64,000 bases of DNA. It comes from Aquiluna sp. (GTDB taxonomy: Bacteria > Actinomycetota > Actinomycetes > Actinomycetales > Microbacteriaceae). A program made the position numbers and the translations under genes. Where the stretch lies: positions 6,051 through 70,050 of the forward strand of contig JBMLPC010000052.1 in NCBI GenBank assembly GCA_049242305.1, given 5' to 3'. Below, piece by piece: positions 1 through 9,289 of this stretch. The notes under the pieces were generated by a model, which saw nothing but the letters and a program-made list of their open reading frames with translations, ran no database searches and was not told the DNA's origin. Every line of letters begins with the position of its first letter. Positions within the stretch are counted from its first letter, which is position 1.

Positions 1-382
1 TTTGTTTCTACTTCTTCTCACAGCCGGAGTGACGACCGGCCTACTAGCCGGAGGAAATTCTGGCCCGTGGATTTTGTCGATTACCCTGAGCGCAATTTCT
101 GTACTCAGTTTGTTAGTGGCTCGTGCAGCTGCTGGACAAGCTGGACAGGTCGCTCACAATATCTATTCGGCGCGACAGCAGGTGCGCTCCTCGGCCTCAC
201 AAGCTATAAAAAAGGCCGTAAATTCAAAGGAGTGGACACCTATTTCGATACCGGATCCGTTGAGCAAAAAGCATTCTGAATCTGCTCCGGACGTCGCCGA
301 GGTAATCGATATATCAAAACCTAGACGAATGATGACGAGCAAAGAAATTGATGAAATTCTTGCTCGACGTAGAGCAATTTAG
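1..382 (+). CDS. 3' part of membrane protein, possibly SepX/GlpR-like (5'-truncated)
   Basis: Two hydrophobic helices, then WTPxxIPxPL and C-terminal IDEILARRRA, resembling actinobacterial GlpR-like C-termini. Confidence 0.4.
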   Translation, partial: LFLLLLTAGVTTGLLAGGNSGPWILSITLSAISVLSLLVARAAAGQAGQVAHNIYSARQQVRSSASQAIKKAVNSKEWTPISIPDPLSKKHSESAPDVAEVIDISKPRRMMTSKEIDEILARRRAI

Positions 383-430
383 TTGACATTGCTATACGCT
401 TAATTCGTCTAGGTGAATGGAGACACACAT

Positions 431-895
431 ATGGACACCACTGTAACTACTACAGAAACTGCAGCAGCTGCTAAGAAGCCAACCACGGCTAAGAAGCCTG
501 CTGCAAAGAAGGCAGCTAAGCGCAAGCCAGCTGCTAAGAAGAAGACAGCTGCTAAGAAGCCAGCTGCAAAGAAGGCAGCAAAGCGCAAGCCAGCTGCTAA
601 GAAGACTGCTGCAAAGAAGCCTGCAAAGCGCAAGACCGCTGCTAAGAAGACTGCTGCAAAGAAGCCTGCTAAGCGCAAGACTGCTGCCAAGAAGGCAACT
701 GCTGCTAAGAAGCCAGCGAAGCGCAAGACTGCTGCTAAGAAGACTGCTGCAAAGAAGCCTGCTAAGCGCAAGACTGCAAAGAAGGCTGCTCCAGCTGCTA
801 AGAAGCCAGCAAAGCGCAAGACCGCTAAGAAGGCTGCTCCTGCTGCAAAGAAGCCAGCTCGCCGTCGTAAGAAGAAGGCTGCTGTAGCTGCTTAA
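431..895 (+). CDS. Histone H1-like Lys/Ala-rich repeat protein (154 aa)
   Basis: GGAGA RBS before ATG 431; AAKKP/AKRKT repeats; 54 K and 10 R against 2 acidic residues by manual count; strong AAG/GCT codon bias. Confidence 0.85.
   Translation: MDTTVTTTETAAAAKKPTTAKKPAAKKAAKRKPAAKKKTAAKKPAAKKAAKRKPAAKKTAAKKPAKRKTAAKKTAAKKPAKRKTAAKKATAAKKPAKRKTAAKKTAAKKPAKRKTAKKAAPAAKKPAKRKTAKKAAPAAKKPARRRKKKAAVAA
473..880 (+). repeat. Degenerate coding tandem repeat of about 45 bp (KKTAAKKPAKRKTAA units)
   Basis: Recurrent gctaagaag/gcaaagaagcc/aagcgcaagac. Confidence 0.9.
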
Positions 896-901
896 GTAGT
901 C

Positions 902-1786
902 TTAAGAAACTACGTATTCAACCACCTCACGCAATGTGGGGTGGTTGAATTTATATCCGGACAATATCAATTTGTCGGCAGTCATCTTTTGTGAGCAAAG
1001 CAATAGCTCCTTCGCAGCCAAGCCAATCAGCAAATTCATAGCCCAGGCAGGTACTCGGAAAAAGGTTGGTCGCTTCAGCGCTTTACCCAGGGCATGGATG
1101 ATCTGCTCACAGGTGGCCGGTTCCGGGGCAGTTAAATTGAATGCTCCCACTGCCTGATTGTTTTCAATCAGGTGAATGATTGCTCTGGCTTGGTCCTCCA
1201 GGCTGATCCAGGCCCACCACTGTTTTCCTGATCCGAGTGGTCCACCAATTCCTAGCTTGATCAGGGGTAGCAGCTTTCCTAGCGCGCCAAGTTTTTTGCT
1301 CATCACCATGGTTGTGCGAATCAGCACCACCCTGGTCTTGGCCTTCTTTGCTTCCTCTTCCCAGGCGAATGCGAGGTCCGAAAGAAATCCATCGCCCTTG
1401 GTTGAGCTCTCATCCAGCAGCTCATCGCCGCGATCGCCATAGATGCCAGAGGCAGATCCTGAAATTAGGACTTTGGGTGGGTTGGCTGCTGCGTTGATGG
1501 CTTCCACTAACAACCTGGTGGTGTCGAGTCGTGAATCGACGATCTCCTTCATGTACTTCTTAGTCCAGGGGATTTTGCCGGTGGTTGCTCCGGCCAGATT
1601 TACCACGGCATCAATTGAGTTCATCACTGCGAAGTCAAATTGCCCATTGGCTGCGTCGATAAAGACTTCGTTTGCGTCTTTGGGCTGTCGTCTGACAAGT
1701 CGAATAGGGGTGTGGCCGAGGGCTGCTAGCTGTTTAGCCAGTTCTGTGCCTATAAGTCCTGTTGCACCTGAAATTAGAACTCTCAC
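902..1786 (-). CDS. TIGR01777 (YfcH-like) NAD-dependent epimerase family protein
   Basis: VLISGATGLIG Rossmann motif, VVNLAG, GGPLGSGKQW; GTG 1786 follows GGGAG. Confidence 0.88.
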   Translation of the reverse strand: MRVLISGATGLIGTELAKQLAALGHTPIRLVRRQPKDANEVFIDAANGQFDFAVMNSIDAVVNLAGATTGKIPWTKKYMKEIVDSRLDTTRLLVEAINAAANPPKVLISGSASGIYGDRGDELLDESSTKGDGFLSDLAFAWEEEAKKAKTRVVLIRTTMVMSKKLGALGKLLPLIKLGIGGPLGSGKQWWAWISLEDQARAIIHLIENNQAVGAFNLTAPEPATCEQIIHALGKALKRPTFFRVPAWAMNLLIGLAAKELLLCSQKMTADKLILSGYKFNHPTLREVVEYVVS

Positions 1787-1858
1787 GCCCGGCTCCCTCT
1801 GCTTACCCATCAGCTTCTACAATGGACCCTACTTGTTTATTCCAAAGCTTAGGAAATC

Positions 1859-2872
1859 GTGAACGTAGAACTCTGGGTCTGGGGACTCACCATCGGCCTT
1901 CTCACACTTGTCTTACTAGTTGACTTCATTGTGCAGGCCAGACGCCCACACGAACCAACCTTCAAGGAATCTGCCATCCAGGTTTCTATCTATGTCACCC
2001 TGGCCCTTCTGTTTAGCTTTGTGATTGGTGGCGTTTGGGGTCCGCAGTATGCCCAGGAGTACTTCGCTGGTTTCGTCACCGAATACTCGCTGTCGGTTGA
2101 CAACATATTTGTCTTTTTGGTCATCTTCACCCAGTTTGTGGTGCCGAGGGAACTGCGTAGTCAGGCCCTGTTGATTGGAATTGCAATTGCGCTGTTCCTT
2201 AGATTCCTATTCATCATTCTGGGCGCCGCTTTCATCGAGAACTTCAGCTGGGCGTTCTACGTCTTCGGCGCCTTCCTGCTCTTTACTGCACTGAAGATCA
2301 TGAAGGACACCTACGACCAGCTCAAGCGACCGGAGGAGGAGGAATATGCCGGTGGTGGGGTAATCAAGTTCTTGCAAAAGCACCTTCGCACCACCAAGGA
2401 CTACCACGGCAGCAAGCTTTTTATTTTCAAAGAGGGCAAGCGCTATGCCACCCCACTGCTTCTTGTAATGATTGCAATTGGCTTCACCGACCTGCTCTTC
2501 GCGCTAGACAGCATCCCCGCCATCTATGGTTTGACCCGCGAACCATACATAGTCTTCGTGGCAAACGTCTTCGCTCTCCTCGGCCTTCGTCAGCTTTACT
2601 TCCTGCTCGGCGGCCTGATGGAGCGCCTGAAGTACCTGGGTATCGGATTGTCGCTGATTCTTGGCTGGATTGGTCTGAAGCTGGTCATTCACGCCCTGCA
2701 CAAAAACGAATTGCCGTTTATTAATGGTGGCGAACACGTGACTTTGATCCCTGAGATTCCAACCGAGCTGTCGCTCTTTGTGATTTTGATTACTTTGTTA
2801 GTGACAACAATCTGGTCGCTGGCCGCAACGGCCGGCGAGGCAAAGAAGCTAGATCCAAATCGGCAGAAGTAG
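1859..2872 (+). CDS. TerC/Alx family membrane protein
   Basis: EYSLSVDNIFVF, DLLFALDSIPAI, NVFALLGLRQLYF. Confidence 0.92.
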   Translation: MNVELWVWGLTIGLLTLVLLVDFIVQARRPHEPTFKESAIQVSIYVTLALLFSFVIGGVWGPQYAQEYFAGFVTEYSLSVDNIFVFLVIFTQFVVPRELRSQALLIGIAIALFLRFLFIILGAAFIENFSWAFYVFGAFLLFTALKIMKDTYDQLKRPEEEEYAGGGVIKFLQKHLRTTKDYHGSKLFIFKEGKRYATPLLLVMIAIGFTDLLFALDSIPAIYGLTREPYIVFVANVFALLGLRQLYFLLGGLMERLKYLGIGLSLILGWIGLKLVIHALHKNELPFINGGEHVTLIPEIPTELSLFVILITLLVTTIWSLAATAGEAKKLDPNRQK

Positions 2873-4294
2873 TTGTAGGCGCCAAAACTCGTAGGGGACT
2901 GGAAGTCCAATCCACAGCGGCAGATAGAAGATTGCTAGCACGCTTGCTGCCAGCAAGAAGCCTGTAATTCGACGAGTGCGCAGTGGCCGAACTCTCAGCA
3001 GTAGACCTCTTCGCCAGTATTGCTGCAGCGCGAGGGTGAGAGCCAGCACAGCAAACGGAGAAATCAAAACCGCATAGAACTGAAAGGCTGTCCTTTCCAG
3101 GAAGAAAACCCACGGCAACCAACCAGCAAGGAATCCAAGTAGGACAAGCTGGGCTGCCGGAGTCTTCAATCGATTCTTTGCTAGCCACGCTAAGGCGATT
3201 AGTCCACCAAACCAAATCAACAGGTTTGGCATTGCGGTGATGGCAACCGTGCAGCTATTTAGCAATCCACAATTCTCAGACTCCTCAAACTGCTCGAAGT
3301 AGAAAGCGGTTGGTCTTAGATTCAACAGCCAGGAAAACGCATTTGATTCGTAGGGGTGATCCGATTGCAGATTCGCGTGAAACTCAAGAATCTGAAGGTG
3401 GTAAGACCAAAGCGAACTCCACCAGCTATCTGCCAGCTGCCTGCCCCAGGCCGCCTCGTCTTGGATCCATCCAAACCAGCTGGCCAAGTAAACAGCAAAA
3501 GAACTGATAGCCAAAGTGAAAGCGTTGATAAATCCTTGCCCGATAGCGGCAAATCGATTTAGCCCCAAGTTTTTTCTGGTTCGCCAATCCGACCAGAACG
3601 TGTAAAGACCAAAGGCAACCAAAAAATACAGAGCTGACCACTTAACCGATCCAGCCATTCCCATCAAAACGCCAACTGCAATTAGCCAAGGCTGAATCAA
3701 AATACTTTGTTGCCTGCGAAGGCGTCTGCGCCAAGCTTGGTCGGCAAGTATCAGTAGAAGGAATCCCAGCAGAACAAAGAAGGTGAGGATGCCATCCAAA
3801 ATTGCAGTCCTGGACATCACAACCGAGTGGCCTTCAATGGCCAATAAAAAGCCAGCGATCGCTGCAAAAGCTGCTGACTTGGTTAGCAACCTTGCGATTG
3901 CAATCACCAAAACAACGCTGAGTGTTCCCAACAGAGCAGTTGAAAAGCGCCAACTGAAACTGTTTTCCACGCCAAAAATGCTTAGACCGAGCCAGATAAT
4001 CCATTTACCCAATGGTGGATGGACGACATAAGAACCAGTCGATTCATAAACGTTGGGGTTTCCGGACTCGAAAGACTGATTGGCATTTTCTGGCCAACTA
4101 CGTTCAGAACCAAAGAGTCCAAGCGTGTAGGCGTCTTTGACGTAATAGGTTTCATCGAAAACCAGGGAGCCGGGGTTGGCCAGGTTAGAGAATCTGATAA
4201 TGCCTGCCAGAGCGGTGATTGCCAGGGTAGAAACTGCAGCAAAGTTAGGGTGCTGAGAAACCCTAGAGAACAATTTTGCTAGCGCTGAAACCAC
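2849..4294 (-). CDS. pmt: Protein O-mannosyltransferase (GT39)
   Basis: VFDETYY, VHPPLGKW, SRTAILD, HPYES; divergent from rsmI as is usual in Actinobacteria. Confidence 0.9.
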   Translation of the reverse strand: MVSALAKLFSRVSQHPNFAAVSTLAITALAGIIRFSNLANPGSLVFDETYYVKDAYTLGLFGSERSWPENANQSFESGNPNVYESTGSYVVHPPLGKWIIWLGLSIFGVENSFSWRFSTALLGTLSVVLVIAIARLLTKSAAFAAIAGFLLAIEGHSVVMSRTAILDGILTFFVLLGFLLLILADQAWRRRLRRQQSILIQPWLIAVGVLMGMAGSVKWSALYFLVAFGLYTFWSDWRTRKNLGLNRFAAIGQGFINAFTLAISSFAVYLASWFGWIQDEAAWGRQLADSWWSSLWSYHLQILEFHANLQSDHPYESNAFSWLLNLRPTAFYFEQFEESENCGLLNSCTVAITAMPNLLIWFGGLIALAWLAKNRLKTPAAQLVLLGFLAGWLPWVFFLERTAFQFYAVLISPFAVLALTLALQQYWRRGLLLRVRPLRTRRITGFLLAASVLAIFYLPLWIGLPVPYEFWRLQLLLPIWI

Positions 4295-4317
4295 GCTTAG
4301 ATGCTAGTTTGCTTGCT

Positions 4318-5136
4318 GTGTTGATACTGGCTGCGACTCCCATTGGAAATCTCTCTGACGCTTCCACCAGACTGGTCCAGGCCATCCAGAGCAGTGATTA
4401 CATTGCCTGCGAGGATACTCGAAGCTTTAAGCAATTAGCATCCGCGCTGGGCATCAAATTCCACGCCAAGCTGTTTAGCCTGCACGATCACAACGAGCAC
4501 TCCAGGCTGCAAGAACTAGTCGAAATCGCAAAAATCCACGACCTGCTTGTGGTCAGTGACGCCGGTATGCCAACAATTTCTGACCCCGGCTTCAACTTGG
4601 TTAGGGCATGTATCGAAGCTGATGTAGATGTAACCATCATCCCCGGGCCATCGAGTGTTCTTGCAGCGCTTGCCATATCTGGTCTACCAACAGATCGATT
4701 TGTCTTTGAGGGATTCCTTGCTAGAAAGTCAGGGGAGAGAAGAGCCACATTTGAAAACTTGGCGCATGAAGATAGGACAATGGTTTTCTTTGAGGCGCCT
4801 CATCGAATCTTAGAAAGTCTGCAAGATGCAGCCGCTGTCTTTGGCGAAAGCCATCGGGCTGTCGTGGTCAGAGAGCTAACCAAGAAGTTTGAGCAGGTAA
4901 CCCGTGGCACCCTCGCTGAACTGATCCAGTGGGCAAAGGGTGAACCAAAAGGTGAAATGGTGTTGCTGCTCGCAGGAGTGCAAGCTGGACCTGCGGACTA
5001 TGACGAGCTTGCCAAGCAGGCCCTCAGCCTTGCTGAGAGCGGTATTGGTTTGAAAAAGGCGGTAGCCGAGATAGCGAAGAGTTCGAAGGCGTCAAAGAGC
5101 GTAATTTACGAGCATGCTCTGCGACTGAAACCCTAG
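4318..5136 (+). CDS. rsmI: 16S rRNA C1402 2'-O-methyltransferase
   Basis: ATPIGNL, CEDTR, SDAGMPTISDPG, RELTKKFE. Confidence 0.95.
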   Translation: MLILAATPIGNLSDASTRLVQAIQSSDYIACEDTRSFKQLASALGIKFHAKLFSLHDHNEHSRLQELVEIAKIHDLLVVSDAGMPTISDPGFNLVRACIEADVDVTIIPGPSSVLAALAISGLPTDRFVFEGFLARKSGERRATFENLAHEDRTMVFFEAPHRILESLQDAAAVFGESHRAVVVRELTKKFEQVTRGTLAELIQWAKGEPKGEMVLLLAGVQAGPADYDELAKQALSLAESGIGLKKAVAEIAKSSKASKSVIYEHALRLKP

Positions 5137-5145
5137 GATATCGAA

Positions 5146-6720
5146 GTGACCAAGTCCTTCTATGTAACTACCCCAATCTTCTACGTCAATGACGCTCCTC
5201 ACATTGGTCACGCTTATACAGAAGTGGCAGCGGATGTAATCACACGCTGGCACAGACAATCCGGGCAAGACTCATTCCTTCTCACTGGCACAGACGAGCA
5301 CGGCGAAAAGGTTTTGAGAACTGCGCTTGGCAATAATGCCGATCCAAAAAGCTGGACTGATCGCCTGGTGGAGCAGGCCTGGTTGCCACTGCTTCAAACC
5401 ATTGACATTAATAACCAAGATTTCATTAGGACTACGGAACCTCGACACAAGGTGGCGGTTCAAAAGTTCCTGCAGAACCTTTATGACACCGGCTTTATCT
5501 ATCAAGGCTCCTTTAAGGGAAATTACTGTGTTGGCTGCGAGGAATACAAAAATGACTCTGACCTTGTTCCGGGTGCAGGTGACTTTGCGGGACAGCAGGT
5601 GTGCGCCATCCACTCAAAGCCAGTTGAGCAACTGAATGAGACCAATTACTTCTTCAAGCTTTCTGAATTCCAAGATCGATTGCTCAAGCACTACGAAGAC
5701 AATCCAAACTTTGTGCAACCAGAATCTGCTAAGAACGAGGTTGTTTCATTTGTTCGGTCCGGCCTAAGCGACCTATCTATCTCCCGCTCCAAGGAGCGTT
5801 TTGACTGGGGTATTGATATTCCATGGGATGACTCGCACGTCACCTATGTCTGGTTTGATGCGCTTTTGAACTACATAACCGCGATTGGTTATGGCGAGGA
5901 TGAGCAGAAACTAAATTCACTTTGGCCTGCGGATGTTCAGGTAGTTGGAAAAGATATTCTGCGATTCCACGCCGTTATCTGGCCCGCCATGTTGATGGCA
6001 GCAGGCCTGCAACCTCCGAAGCAGGTCTTTGGTCACGGCTGGCTACTGGTCGGTGGAGAAAAGATGTCGAAATCCAAGCTGACCGGAATTTCACCAAATG
6101 AAATCACGGACTCGTTTGGCTCTGATGCATTCCGTTACTACTTCATGAAGGCAATTGGATTTGGCTCCGACGGCTCATTCTCCTGGGAAGACCTCTCTGC
6201 GCGCTATCAAGCAGAGCTCGCCAATGGATTTGGCAACTTAGCGTCTAGAACAATTGCGATGATTCATCGCTACTTCGATTCCGCCATTCCTGCCCCAGAT
6301 CAATATCAGCCAGCCGATTTAGCCGTTCAAGAAGTTGCAAAGAATGCAGCCTTAGGCGCAGATCAAGCCATGCAGAAAGTAATGATCCACGAAGCCATTG
6401 CCAAAATCTGGACATTGGTTGATGAGCTAAACAACTACATCACTGTTCAAGAACCCTGGGCGCTTGCTAAGGATGAGGAAAATCGCCCAAGGCTCAGAAC
6501 TGTTCTTTACACCTCCGCCGAGGGGCTGCGTGTTCTCAGCATCCTTTTGGCACCGATTATGCCGAAGGCGACCGAAAAACTTTTTAGTGCCTTGGCCAGT
6601 TCGCTTGGAAAGATTTCAGAGCAAAAGATTCAGGAAAGCGCGAACTGGGGGCAGCTAAAGCCGGGTGAAAAGGTAGCCGAACTCGAGGCACTCTTCCCTC
6701 GTCTTGAAGAATCCAAATGA
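5146..6720 (+). CDS. metG: Methionine--tRNA ligase
   Basis: TTPIFYVN, HIGH, YVWFDAL, KMSKS. Confidence 0.97.
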   Translation: MTKSFYVTTPIFYVNDAPHIGHAYTEVAADVITRWHRQSGQDSFLLTGTDEHGEKVLRTALGNNADPKSWTDRLVEQAWLPLLQTIDINNQDFIRTTEPRHKVAVQKFLQNLYDTGFIYQGSFKGNYCVGCEEYKNDSDLVPGAGDFAGQQVCAIHSKPVEQLNETNYFFKLSEFQDRLLKHYEDNPNFVQPESAKNEVVSFVRSGLSDLSISRSKERFDWGIDIPWDDSHVTYVWFDALLNYITAIGYGEDEQKLNSLWPADVQVVGKDILRFHAVIWPAMLMAAGLQPPKQVFGHGWLLVGGEKMSKSKLTGISPNEITDSFGSDAFRYYFMKAIGFGSDGSFSWEDLSARYQAELANGFGNLASRTIAMIHRYFDSAIPAPDQYQPADLAVQEVAKNAALGADQAMQKVMIHEAIAKIWTLVDELNNYITVQEPWALAKDEENRPRLRTVLYTSAEGLRVLSILLAPIMPKATEKLFSALASSLGKISEQKIQESANWGQLKPGEKVAELEALFPRLEESK

Positions 6721-7610
6721 GTGACTTTCTAAGAACTCGAGTCAGCTATGACGGCAACGAGACTCGGCCTCAGCACTATCCAGATTTACCGGAACCGCTA
6801 GAAGTCGGAACCTACGACAATCACACACATCTTGAGATTGCGGATGGTGACACCCCTCTAACAGTTGCCGAGCACCTCAGTCTTATGAGACAGGTGGGAA
6901 TGCTTGGCGCAGTGCAAGTCGGCGTGACGCTGGAGAGCTCTAAGTGGTCTGCTCAAGTTGCAAGTGAAAACCCCATGCTGCTGGCTGCCGTTGCACTGCA
7001 CCCAAACGAAGCGCCACTTTATGAAACTAAGCAGGCTTTGGATGAAGCGATAGTAGAGATCGCTGAGCTAGCTACTCAACCTCGAGTGCGGGCAATCGGT
7101 GAGACTGGACTGGATTATTTCCGAACCACCAGTGACCACCACTTGCTATTGCAGCAGGACTCCTTTGAGCAGCATATTGAAATTGCAAAGAACAACAACT
7201 TAGCCCTGCAGATTCATGATCGAGAGGCTCATCAGTCCGTTGTTGACACTCTCAAGCGAGTTGGCCAACCTGAAAAGGTCGTGCTGCACTGCTTTTCCGG
7301 TGATGTTGAACTGGTTGAGATAGCAAAACGAAACGGCTGGTTTATTTCTTTCGCCGGAAACATTACTTTCAAGAAAAATCAGTATCTTCGCGATGCTCTG
7401 CTGGCAGCCGACATTCGACAGGTGCTGATTGAAACCGATGCACCCTTTCTAACCCCAGAGCCGATGCGTGGACGACCTAACGCTCCCTATCTGGTGCCAC
7501 ACACTCTTCGCTTCATGGCAGGACTACTTGGAGTCGATGTGAATCGATTAGCCGAGCAGATAAATCGAAACACTGAAAATGCCTATGGGCTTTGGTCGGA
7601 AGGGATTTAG
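6717..7610 (+). CDS. tatD: TatD family DNase
   Basis: DNHTH, HPNE, IGETGLD, ETDAPFL. Confidence 0.93.
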   Translation: MSDFLRTRVSYDGNETRPQHYPDLPEPLEVGTYDNHTHLEIADGDTPLTVAEHLSLMRQVGMLGAVQVGVTLESSKWSAQVASENPMLLAAVALHPNEAPLYETKQALDEAIVEIAELATQPRVRAIGETGLDYFRTTSDHHLLLQQDSFEQHIEIAKNNNLALQIHDREAHQSVVDTLKRVGQPEKVVLHCFSGDVELVEIAKRNGWFISFAGNITFKKNQYLRDALLAADIRQVLIETDAPFLTPEPMRGRPNAPYLVPHTLRFMAGLLGVDVNRLAEQINRNTENAYGLWSEGI

Positions 7611-8420
7611 TTGCTAGGAGCGGCTGAAATCCGTCAATTGGCCAATAGCCTCGATCTTCGGCCTACCAAGAAATTGGGTCAGAACTTTGTAATTGATCCA
7701 AACACGATAAGAAAAATTGTTTCGCAGGCAAACCTAAGGCCGGATGACCTGGTTGTAGAAATTGGTCCAGGTCTCGGTTCGCTCACCATTGGTCTTTTTG
7801 AAGTGGTGGACCAGGTGATTGCTGTTGAAGTGGATAGTCGACTGGCCCAGCTACTTCCGCAAACAATTGATAAATATTCTCCTGGTAAGCGACTAACTGT
7901 TGTGCAGGCTGACGCCTTGAGAGTCAGTGAGTTACCTGGCAAACCAACAGCATTGGTGGCAAATCTCCCTTACAACATCTCAGTTCCCGTCCTGCTCCAT
8001 TTCTTGGAGACATTTCCGACTATTGAGAAAGTCTTGGTGATGGTGCAGGCGGAGGTTGCGGAACGTTTAGCTGCCAAACCTGGGGGAAAAGAATACGGTT
8101 CTCCCAGTGCAAAGTTGGCATGGTATGGCAATGCCAAGTTGGCTGGAGCGATTGGGCGAAATGTTTTTTGGCCCGCTCCACAAGTTGATTCGGCTTTGGT
8201 TTACTTTGAGAGAACCAGGTCAGCGAGCAATCCGGAAGTATTTAGCGTAATTGACGCCGCCTTTGGCATGAGAAGAAAGACTTTGCGACAAGCTCTTGCA
8301 AACTGGGCGGGAAGCCCCCAGAACGCCGAGGAAATTCTCCGCAGAGCCGGCATTGATCCATCAGTTCGAGGCGAGCAATTAGCCATCGACGACTTTGTCA
8401 GGGTAGCCTCGAGCAGGTGA
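7611..8420 (+). CDS. rsmA: 16S rRNA adenine dimethyltransferase
   Basis: KKLGQNF, EIGPGLGSLT, ANLPYNI. Confidence 0.96.
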   Translation: MLGAAEIRQLANSLDLRPTKKLGQNFVIDPNTIRKIVSQANLRPDDLVVEIGPGLGSLTIGLFEVVDQVIAVEVDSRLAQLLPQTIDKYSPGKRLTVVQADALRVSELPGKPTALVANLPYNISVPVLLHFLETFPTIEKVLVMVQAEVAERLAAKPGGKEYGSPSAKLAWYGNAKLAGAIGRNVFWPAPQVDSALVYFERTRSASNPEVFSVIDAAFGMRRKTLRQALANWAGSPQNAEEILRRAGIDPSVRGEQLAIDDFVRVASSR

Positions 8421-9289
8421 TTTACGCATCGGCCCCGGGGAAGCTGAACCTATTTTTTGAAGTTGGCCCGCTCCGCCCAGACGGTTACCACTCTGTCATC
8501 AGCATTTATCAAGCTCTTGCTATTCGACAGCGCGTGGGCGTAGAGCCACATTCAAAATGGGAAGTAATTACAGAAGGCGATTTACCTCAGCAGCAACTGG
8601 ATCTTGTTCCCAAAGATGAAAAGAATTTATGCGTGATTGCCGCAAAGGCACTCGCCGCATACGCCGGAATAGCAAATCCTCAACCAATGCGATTCCTAAC
8701 CCATAAGCAAGTTCCGGTCGCCGCTGGGTTAGCAGGGGGTAGCGCAGACGCCGCCGCTTCACTGATTGCGCTAAACAAAGCCTGGAAATTAGGACTGACA
8801 AGTGAGCAACTGCAACAAGTTGCTAGCAAAGTCGGCTCCGATGTTCCTTTTTCGTTGCTCGGTGGCACAGCGCTTGGTCTGGATACTGGAATCGAATTAG
8901 AAGCACTAGAGAATCTCCCAAAGCTGCAAGTCGTACTTCTGATAAGCGCTATAGGACTAAGTACCAAAGAAGTCTTCGGGAAATTTGACCAAATGTTTCC
9001 ACAAGGTGACATCACGGTGGAGCCGCAAGGATCTATCGAAGTTGTAAGAGCTGGCAGTAACCTGGGAAAGAATTCACTACTTTCACCGGCCCTTTCACTC
9101 AGACCAGAACTTGCCGATTACCAATCGCTAATCGGCGGCACCACTGGGCATCTTTCGGGATCTGGACCAACTATCTATTTCGTTACAAAAGATGCCAATG
9201 AAGCTTCTGACTGGGCCAATCAACTTAGAGCACTTGGACATTTGGTAATCCAAACCACGACCTCTAACCACGGAGCGACCTTAGAGTAA
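8417..9289 (+). CDS. ispE: CDP-ME kinase
   Basis: APGKLNL, PVAAGLAGGSADAAA, GSDVPF, SGSGPT. Confidence 0.95.
   Translation: MIYASAPGKLNLFFEVGPLRPDGYHSVISIYQALAIRQRVGVEPHSKWEVITEGDLPQQQLDLVPKDEKNLCVIAAKALAAYAGIANPQPMRFLTHKQVPVAAGLAGGSADAAASLIALNKAWKLGLTSEQLQQVASKVGSDVPFSLLGGTALGLDTGIELEALENLPKLQVVLLISAIGLSTKEVFGKFDQMFPQGDITVEPQGSIEVVRAGSNLGKNSLLSPALSLRPELADYQSLIGGTTGHLSGSGPTIYFVTKDANEASDWANQLRALGHLVIQTTTSNHGATLE

Noticed and set aside
383-388. Perfect TTGACA -35 box before the H1-like gene
   Set aside because: No TANNNT at 16-18 bp spacing; TACGCT (395-400) is the more likely -10
409-819. Hydrophobic repetitive ORF on the minus strand
   Set aside because: Antisense shadow of the K/A repeat gene; the RBS and codon bias favour the plus strand
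473-880. Repeat array as a possible CRISPR
   Set aside because: Units are degenerate, in frame and lack unique spacers; no cas genes nearby
1787-1858. yybP-ykoY Mn riboswitch before terC
   Set aside because: The gap is too short and the motif is not recognisable
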